Both the position numbers and the translations under genes were made by a program. Shown here in pieces: positions 1 through 8,778 of a stretch of 64,000 bases of DNA (positions are counted from its first letter, which is position 1; the number at the start of each line of letters is the position of its first letter). The DNA comes from Anolis carolinensis. Lineage: Eukaryota. The DNA is taken from positions 1,488,001-1,552,000 of the forward strand of contig NW_026943819.1 in the NCBI RefSeq assembly GCF_035594765.1, written 5' to 3'. The notes beneath the pieces are model-generated. The model was not told the origin of the DNA. It searched no databases and worked only from the letters and a program-made list of their open reading frames with translations.

Positions 1-423
1 TAATAATAATAATAAGGGTTGTAAAAGAAGAAGAGACCCCTTGGGTTATTTAGCCCAACCCCCTTCTGCCCTTGTGCCGTGGGGGCCGGATAAATAGCTT
101 CGATGGGCCGCATCCGGCCCCCGGGCCTTAGTTTGGGGACCCCTGTTGTACTGTATCAATATATTGTAATATTATTAGTATAATAATAGTATAAATAGTA
201 TAAATACATTCTCCTTTGGCCAACGTGGCCAAGCTTTGATCAATGTGGTCATCCTTTGGTCAATCTGGCTGTCCTTTGGCCCGTATGACCTCTAGAGCCA
301 CTGTCTGTTCTCCTCCTTTGTCCCAGGCTGCTTTGCGTCCAATGTGTGGGAGAAATGTAATAAATAAATAATAATAATCTCAGGAAAGGGAACCGTCAAA
401 ACTGCGTTTCTCAGAAAAGAGGC

Positions 424-502
424 TGCACCTGTTGCCTCTCTGATGTCGTCCCGTTACCTAAGTCTACGCAATGGGGAGAGGCCTCTGCCCACAGACTTCC
501 TT
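424..502 (+). promoter_or_regulatory. CD3 gamma/delta proximal promoter motifs (E-box CACCTG; CCCACA plus ACTTCCT RUNX/ETS-like)
   Basis: Motifs lie 80-160 nt upstream of the ATG in unique sequence; no TATA box seen. Confidence 0.35.
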
Positions 503-583
503 TGCGGAGAGGAGTGTTCTTGCTACGCTCAGAGCGATACTCATTTGGTTTCTGCAAGCCGAGTGGCACCGAGGGACCCAAGG

Positions 584-1054
584 ATGGGAAGGGGCCGGCT
601 CCGCTTGCCTGTTGCTGCCCTTGGGTTGCTCTTTGCAGGTAGGGCTCCAAGGAAGAGCGACATTGAGATCCCAAGTTGCTTTTAGGGGCTTGCTTCTTGG
701 CGCCTCTCCCGTCTTTGTCTTCTGCTCCTCGCCTTGAAATAGCCCCACTGATGTGCTCGGACTGTGTTTGGTAAGATGTCTTGTCTTCTTTTCAGGGGCG
801 GTTGTCGTTTTCGCCCAAAAGTCTGCTTCTGAAACAGGTACGGCTCGTCCTGCCTTCTATGGGGAGGGAAGGCTGGGTTCTTTGTACACCCACAGAGGCC
901 ATTGTGTGGGAGATGCCAGAGTCCAGAATCGAAAGTCTCTTTCCCGCATCCCCAAAATGCACAGACTGGGCCTGCTTGAGGAGGCAGGTTCCTGATGAGA
1001 CTGGTTCTGTGTAAATGGAGGCACCTGATGTGGCTTGGCCTACAGGGCTGCTCC

Positions 1055-1094
<40 letters not shown>

Positions 1095-2441
1095 CTTTAT
1101 TTTTATACCCCGCCCCATCTCCCCAGAGGGACTTGGAGCGGCTTACATGGGGCCATGCCCGACAACAATACAACAGCAGCAATAAAACAATAAAACAAAT
1201 ATCGAGAATAAAACAAATGTCGCATCAGTAAAACATCAACATCAGTAAACAGTCATAAAAGTTGGCAAACAGCATAAAATGATTAAAAACGGGAAAGCTA
1301 AAAACATGGATCTGGGCCAGAGTGCAGAAAGCTTCGACATGGGAGAGGTAGTTTCACAGTTAAACTTCCCTCTGCCCTCCTCATTCCCAGCCCTCCTCTC
1401 TCACCCCCCTTTTCAGGGCTCTCCATCAAGGTGAAGCAGAATGGAAGGAACGTCACCCTGCAGTGCAGCGGAGGGAGCGGAGGGAGCGAGCCGTTCACGT
1501 GGGAGAAGGACGGGCACGTCTTGGATGACCACAAGGGAGAGTTGCTGCCCTTGGGCTCCGAAATGGATGACCCCAGAGGCTCCTTCTCCTGCTCTTCTGG
1601 GGACCAAACCGCCTCCCTGCAGGTCTTCTTCCGGAGTGAGTATGCCTACCTTCTTCCCCCTTTGTTGTCTCCCCAAAAAGCCATGAGAGTGGCACCCCGG
1701 AATATGAGACCCCAGGCCTGTGTTGCCAAGAGGTGAGGCTCTTCCTCACCTTTCAGAAGAGCCTGAAAACTTGGCTCTTCTGAAAGGCCTTTGGTAACGG
1801 ATTGACCTGTTGCCTATCTCATTTATTATACCTTGTTCCTTTAGCAGGCCATAGTGTATGCCTTTGCCAGCACTTTAACGGGACAATAGTTCTGGGATCT
1901 ACCTCACCCTGATTGAATCTGACACTAATTGTACTTTTTTGGCCCAGTTCTTTTTTTAGAGCCGACCCAGGATTTTATCATAGTACAGTAGAGTCTCACT
2001 TATCCAACATAAACGGGCCGGCAGAATGTTGGATAAGCAAATATGTTGGATAATAAGGAGGGATTAAGGAAAAGGCTATTAAACATCAAATTAGGTTATG
2101 ATTTTACAAATTAAGCACTAAAACAAATTTGACAGAAAAAGTAGTTCAATACGCAGTAATGCTATGTAGTAATTACTGTATTTATGAATTTAGCACCAAA
2201 ATATCACGATGTATTGAAAACATTGACTACAGAAATGCGTTGGATAATCCAGAACGTTGGATAAGCGAGTGTTGGATAAGAGAGACTCTACTGTATATTT
2301 ATTGTATCTTGACCTATGACTTGTTTTGTTGTTGATTGATTGTTTTATTGTTATGTTTGTATATTGTTTGTGACCTGGGCTTGGCCCCATGTGAGCCGCC
2401 CCGAGTCCCTTCGGGGAGATGGGGCGGGGTATAAAAATAAA

Positions 2442-2490
<49 letters not shown>

Positions 2491-3674
2491 TGTTATTATT
2501 ATGACCCCCTGCTCTGCACTCTTCCTTCCTTGCCCCACAGTGTGCCAGAACTGCATCCACCTCGATGTCCCGACCATCGTGGGGATTGTGATAGCCAGCC
2601 TTGTGGCCACCCTGTTCCTGGCCGTTGCCGTCTTCTTCCTGGCTGTGGAGGAGCCCAGCCTGCGGTCTCAAGGTGAGAGGCGGGTGGGTGCTTGGTGGGG
2701 CCGGAAGCCTTCCTTCTCCTCCATGGTGGTGCCTGGTCTTTATTTATCGGATCAGAGGGTACAGTTGTAATGTGTTTAAAAAATCAAAGTTAAAAACTTG
2801 GCATGATACTAAATGTCCTTTGACCAGAAGCTTGCCACTTGGAGCGCCTCTGGCGTTGCTATAAGAAGGTCCTCCATTGTGCACTGCATTGTAATAGGTG
2901 GTCTGTGGTTTGCTCTTCTCCACCGTCACATGTCGTGGACTCCACTTTGTGGCCCCATTTCCGAAGGTTGGCTCTGCATCTCGTGGTGCCAGAGCGCCAT
3001 CTCTTCAGCGCCTTCCAAGTCGCCCTGTCTTCTGTGTGCCCAGGAGGGAGTCTCTCATCTGGCATCAGCCACTGATTGAGGTTCCGCGTTTTAGCCTGCC
3101 ACTTTTGGACTCTCGCTTGCTGAGGTGTTCCTGCGAGTATCTCTGTGGATCTTAGAAGACTATTTCTTGATTTAAGACGTTGGCGTGCTGGCTGATATTC
3201 GAACAGAGGATGGGCCAGAGATGTCACTGCCTTGGACCAAGCACTGCTTTGTCGGGAGTGCTTTAGTTGTGCTTTCCTTGTATAATAGCATAGAGAGATG
3301 GGTGTCCTTTAGAAGTCCCTTCCAACCATTTACCATTTATGTGTTTTAAATGCAATTTTTTATCCTGTATTTTTGTTTTAATTGATATATTGTATTACTG
3401 TTTTATCTTTTTATAGTGTGATTCGTATTATGTTGCCTATATTTTGTCCTATATTGTTTGGGCCTCTGCCCCATGTAAGCCGCTCCGAGTCCCTGCAGGG
3501 AGATGGTGGCGGGGTATAAAGTTTTATTATTATTAACTCTAGTATTCAATAATAATAATAATAACAACAACAACAACAACAACAACAACAACGATGCTAC
3601 TCGTCATCGTCTCACTCGTTCAGTCGTTTTCGACTCTTCGTGACCGAGTGAGACGACGACGAGTAGCATCGTTG

Positions 3675-3706
<32 letters not shown>

Positions 3707-4501
3707 GAATACTAGAGTTAATAATAATAAATAATAAAACTTTATTTACTACTCCTTGTTAATAATGATGATGCTGGTCTTGAGGCTGTTGTTATGGTCT
3801 TCTGCCTTTCTTCCAGCAGACACCTTCTTCGTGTACATGATTTCATTCCCAGGTTGTGCCTGGTAACATAACACGCACAGACATCTCCCTGGGCAGCAGA
3901 AAGGATGCTTTGTCTGTGGTAATGGGGCTCTGAAGAGGACCTTCCCTATGGGGCCTCCGAAAAGTCCCCTTGCCCAGTCAATGTGGGCACGCTTCTCCTT
4001 TCTCTGCCTGGCTCCCCTTGGCTGACCCAGCCTTTCCCAGGGTCTAAGGTTTCCTCTTTTCTCTTTTGTTCTTTCTCTCCTTTTGTTAGCTTCCGATAAG
4101 CAGAACCTGCTGGCCAACGAGCAGCTCTATCAGGTGAGTGCATCGGTTGCCACAAGGCTGGCTTCGGCCTCCCTGCCATTGTGGAGCCTTTGGCTGGGCC
4201 GCTCTTCCTATGCTTGGGGAGACCACGAGCAACTGTTGCCTTTGCCCCGGGCCGTTGGTGGCTTGGCTCAGCCTCCGAGCTCAGAAGACTGGCCTTTGCT
4301 CCTGTATCTTGTTCTTTCGTGGCCTCCTGGGCCGTCCCATGGCTGCTGTTGGTCCCTAACCGTAATCCTTGGGTGCCTTTCCGCCTCTGCCCGTTCCTTG
4401 AGCATGGCTTAACGCAGGCCTCTCTTCCCCACCAGCCCCTTGGAGAACGCAACAACGGGCAGTACAGCCAAGTCGGGGTTGCCAAGACGCGCCGCCGGTG
4501 A
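584..4501 (+). CDS. CD3D: T-cell surface glycoprotein CD3 gamma/delta chain (non-mammalian CD3G/CD3D type, in the CD3D position), 6 coding exons, 185 aa
   Basis: Exons 584-638, 796-837, 1417-1635, 2541-2672, 4090-4133, 4436-4501; all GT-AG and in frame (558 nt). Contains a leader, an Ig domain (VTLQC..FTWEKDG..DPRGSFSC), the RMCQNC CxxC stalk, a TM helix, the DKQNLL di-leucine motif and the ITAM YQPL-x7-YSQV. Convergent with CD3E, as mammalian CD3D is. Confidence 0.93.
1986..2293. mobile_element. Tc1/mariner (pogo/Tigger-like) MITE family A
   Basis: TIR CAGTAGAGTCTCACTTATCCAA with TA TSD. Other copies: 8866-9189, 12618-13265 (with inner copy 12823-13145), 14384-14706, 18304-18623, 23248-23570, 25046-25351, 37290-37609, 43558-43865, 49310-49632, 54978-55320, 57194-57490. 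Confidence 0.85.
2742..3232 (-). mobile_element. Vingi/ingi-like non-LTR retrotransposon, 3' fragment
   Basis: ORF 2859-3227: HPLFEYQPARQRLKSRNS..LPPGHTE..TWKAL..WG..C..EEQT.DHLLQC; short TAAA tail. Confidence 0.65.
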
Positions 4502-5478
4502 AAATGGGGCGCAGGAGGGGAGCATCCAGTTTGCCCCTGGCGTTCCTGCCAATCTCGATCTCTTCACCTTGAGCAGATCACAACAGTTTCTGCTTCTTTT
4601 ACCAAGACGTCCAGATGGGAAATGGCTCCAGGCAGTAGAATAGGAAGCCAGGTTTGAGCCAAATGATTTGTATACTGATATTTCTATTTCTGCCCCTGCC
4701 TTATGGAATGCCTTGCCGCCCTATATGAGAGCCATGCGTGAGTTAGGGCCTTTTACCCTAGCACTCAAGACCTGGCTCTTTACTAGAGCTTTTAATCTAT
4801 GTTAATTTTATCAATATTTGTATGTATGTATTTTTATCCTTTACAATTTTATCTTGTAAATCGCCTAGAGCATCTTGGATGGAGGGCGATTAATAAGTAA
4901 TTAAATGATGATGATGACGACGATATATTTAGTTTCACAGCATATTACATACCATTTTGGAGAGACTGAATGTACACCTGTGTGTCGCTAACACATTTTA
5001 GTTGGAGTCTTGTTGATATATGTCTGATATATGTTCTATACTGAAAACTGCTCTGTGTAGCATTTAAATCTGGATGATTGCAATCTATAAATCTTTATAC
5101 TCTGTAAGTTACTACTCTGTAAGTTACGACCAATACTGACTGAATTTGGTCATCAGTTGTATTATTATTTCTATTATTGTTAACATTATTATGTATATGA
5201 TGCTCTAATATACATATTGTGTTCTATGCTTTGAACCTTTATCGTGGTGCATATTTTTCAGATATTGTTTAGAGTAGAATAGGAAGCCCAAAATAGTTTG
5301 CTGTGCACTCATTTTGTAAAGTGATCCCCTCTGTCTCGTTAAGAAAGGCATGGGCAAACTTGGGCCCTCCTGGTGTTTTGGACTTCAACTCCCACAATTC
5401 CTAACAGAAGGGTTCAGTTTTGTGTCTCCTTGTAGCTCAAGTGGGGCCTCTTGCGTGCCATGCCCACCCCTTTCCCTC

Positions 5479-5484
5479 AATAAA
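5479..5484 (+). terminator. Probable polyadenylation signal of CD3 gamma/delta
   Basis: First AATAAA downstream of the stop codon, followed by T/GT-rich sequence. Confidence 0.5.
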
Positions 5485-5569
5485 AGTATTGCTTGCTTTC
5501 CAAAACCCTTGCGTTCTGGAGTGCGTGGCCAAAAGGGCCAAGATGGAACTGTGCCCCCAAAATTATTTA

Positions 5570-5710
5570 GTGGGGAGTCAGCAATGTGCACAAAGTGTGT
5601 CCATAGTGCGATGTTGACTCATGCAGCATCCTTTCTGCCTCGGCGGGGGCGTTGTTTGCGCCTCTCTCGAAGCGCAGCTGCACTTGCGCTCCGACCACAT
5701 CCTGTGGAAC
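5570..5710. promoter_or_regulatory. Candidate T-cell enhancer between the convergent CD3 genes
   Basis: AP-1 TGACTCA 5615-5621, E-box GCAGCTGC 5674-5681, overlapping RUNX-ETS ACCACATCCTG 5694-5704. Confidence 0.45.
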
Positions 5711-5884
5711 ACGAACAGAGAGCAGGGGAGGTGTGGGGAGCAAAGCGCAGTGGGGCTCCTCCGTGGGGCCACCGTTCAGCCTCTCACTGTAGTGGCTGCT
5801 GGCGCTTCCTCTCCTTACATTACGGCCATGCAAGCCTTCGACAATAAATCAAGAAAGACAGCATTTTGGCTACGATCAGTTATT

Positions 5885-5890
5885 TTTATT
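5885..5890 (-). terminator. Probable polyadenylation signal of CD3E
   Basis: TTTATT on + (AATAAA on -) in unique sequence about 700 nt past the CD3E stop codon. Confidence 0.5.
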
Positions 5891-5950
5891 AACACACTTT
5901 GCCTTGTAAGCAAAACCAAAGGGAAACACACACCCATATATATATGTATA

Positions 5951-6364
5951 CCCTGTTTCCTCTAAAATAAGACATCCCCAGAAAATAAGACCGAGTAGAG
6001 GTTTTGCTGAATTGCTAAATATAAGGCCTCCCCGAAAGTAAGACCTAGCAAAGTTTTTGTTTGGAAGCATGCCCGGCGAACAGAACACCAGAGCATGCGG
6101 GATCGGTAAATATACAGACCATAGAGTGTTGTACATGGAAATATTGGTAGTAACAAGAAATTCTTGATAGGATTCACAGTTTGTCTGGTTATGCTGGTTT
6201 ATGATGACAACTACTGCACAGTATATAATAAATGTTCATTTTTTGTTCAACAACAAATGTGAATTCTTCATGGAAAAATAAGACATCCCCTGAAAATAAG
6301 ACCTAGAGCATCTTTGGGAGCAAAAACTAATATAAGACACTGTCTTATTTTTGGGGAAACACGG
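5951..6364. mobile_element. Tc1/mariner-type MITE in the CD3E 3' UTR
   Basis: TIRs CC(C/G)TGTTTCC..AAAATAAGAC at both ends; TA flanks. Confidence 0.75.
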
Positions 6365-6583
6365 TATGTATGTATATGTATATATGAATGTATGTATATT
6401 TTGGAGGGAGTTTGCAGTCTGAAATGTGGGGTCTGTCGCCAAGGAGGACACTCTGGTCTTAGGAGCCAAGGCCAGTGGGACCAAGGAGGCCAGGAACAAC
6501 GGTCTGTGGGTCACGGCTCTTGCCTCCCAAGTGGGTCTCTTGACTGATGTCCATTGCTGCTGGCTGGTCTCTCTCTGTTTCTC

Positions 6584-8719
6584 TCAGAAGGCCCTGCCCC
6601 CCAGGCCGGCATAGACCTCCCGCTGGCCTTTCCGGATAGGCTGCAAGAGCAAAGAGGGAGGGTGGCTCAGTTGAAAGGACCATAAGCCAGAAAATAGTAA
6701 ACTTTTCCCTATGTAGCTTTGCCTCTGCACATGCCCCTCCCTTCCTGTGAGCTGGTACCTTTCTAAGGGGCTGTTCCAAAGAGAGAAGAAAGCTCAGAGT
6801 AAACAAGTGAGGTCACAGGCATCAAGTAGGTGTGGAAGGTGAGGAAGACCCTCGGCCATTGGTCAATTTTAGATAAGCCAAAGGTATATAATCTTTGTTT
6901 GCTACGCACATGTTGCGACGGCCATTTGCATGGTACGGACCCACTAAAGTGGGTGCCTACAGCTGTTTTGCCTTATCATCAGCTGTGATAACAATAAAAG
7001 GCTTGTTTTATTGCTCTCTTGGGATTCTCTCCTTTTCTTCCCCTCCAGGCTAGTCTCCAACACAGTCGCTGGGACCTTCTCTCAATAGGGGATGCTACCC
7101 AATGGCTTTTTGAGAGACCCCCAAGTGGCTGCCTGGGGAGGCCGCGGGGTCTGGCTAGCCACCCCAGACCCCACCTCCTGCTTCTGGGGGTGTCTCTCTC
7201 TTGGGAGGGGTCTCGGTCCCAAGCAGCCTCCTCCTGCCCTCCTCTCCCCCCAACAAGCCAGTCAGGACTTACCTCGTAGTCTGGGTTTGGGACGGGTGGG
7301 GGGTGATCCGCCTTCGGGCCTGGAACGGAAACCAAAGTGAGTTGGGGGATATGGGGCAGCTGCCTCCCAGCCCCAGTCCTTGGGGAGCCCTCCTTCTCAT
7401 TGGGCAAAAGGCTTCCTCCTTCAACAAGCTGGAATGTGTCCAGAGGAGGACGACTCAAAGGATCAAAGGTCTAGAGAACAAGCCCTATGAGGAGCTGGAT
7501 GGCCATCTGTTGGAGGTGCTTTGAATGTGATTTTTGTTAATGTGGGATTTGTGTATTGATAGTGTTTAAATCCAATTTGTGCCATGCTTGTATTGCAACT
7601 GATTGCATCATCAAGAATGTACCATAGTGTGGAAAGAGTTAATTGCCAAGAAGCTGTGATGACCTTGATGTGTGGCTGGAACTAGGGAGTATCCAGACAC
7701 AAGTATGTGTGTATATTGATTGCGTCAGTTCAGTCGAGTTCTGTCTGCCTAGAGTTTGAGTCAAGTCCTGTGTTCATCTATCGTCTGTTAGTCTGTGTTG
7801 ATACAGTAAAACTTTGTAAATAGTTTTACCAACGTCTCTGAGTGTCTCTTCGTTCCATCAGACTGCTAATACTCTGGCAATTGTCCTGCTTCTTGGCAGA
7901 ATGGGGTTGGACTGGACTCTTTCAACTCTAGGATTCTAGGATTCTCCATAGCCATAGTCTTCCTTCCCCAGCTAACGGGAGAAATCTCAGGACAAGAGCA
8001 TCGCCTTGAGAGCAATGTGAATGAAATGTGTGTGGACATTTTTGTGAGAGATTGTTGTGAACTCTCCTTTTCCTGCCTCCAACTCTTATGTGAACCCCAT
8101 GCTCTTTGCAACCATGAGTGCATCACACTTGATGACACTGTGATGGAATTTCCCCTTGTGACATTGCCAAATCCCTAGTCTGCGGTTCATACAATCATAA
8201 GAGTTGGAAGAGACTTTGTGGGCCATCCAGTCCAACCCTGTCCTGCCAAGAAGCAGGAAAACCGCATTCAAAGCACCCCCGACAGATGGCCATCCATAGC
8301 CTCCAAAGAAGGAGCCTCCACCACACTCCAAGACAGAGAGTTCCATTGCTGCTCTCTCTTTCACACAGGATGAATTACTTTTGATCTTGCAAGGGAAGGG
8401 GATGCAAAGTACTGTATATACTTGAATATAAGCCGACCCGATATAAGCCGGGCCACCTAATTTTACCACAAAAAAACTGGGAAAACATTGACTCCAGTAT
8501 AAGCCGAGGTTGGTAAATTTGAGAAATAAAAATAGATACCAGTAAAATTACATTAATTGAGGCATCAGTAGGTTAAATGTTTTTGAATATTTACAAAAAG
8601 CTCAAATTTAAGATAAGACTGTCCGACTCTGATTAAATCATTATTCTCATCTTCTTCAATGTAAATGTGCTTATGTGTCCTTTTAATAATAATAATAATA
8701 ATAGAGTAAAATAATCCAT

Positions 8720-8778
<59 letters not shown>

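Noticed and set aside
1-583. A separate head-to-head CD3G gene, as in mammals
   Set aside because: No such exon is visible, but the window starts too close to exclude one further upstream; not called either way.
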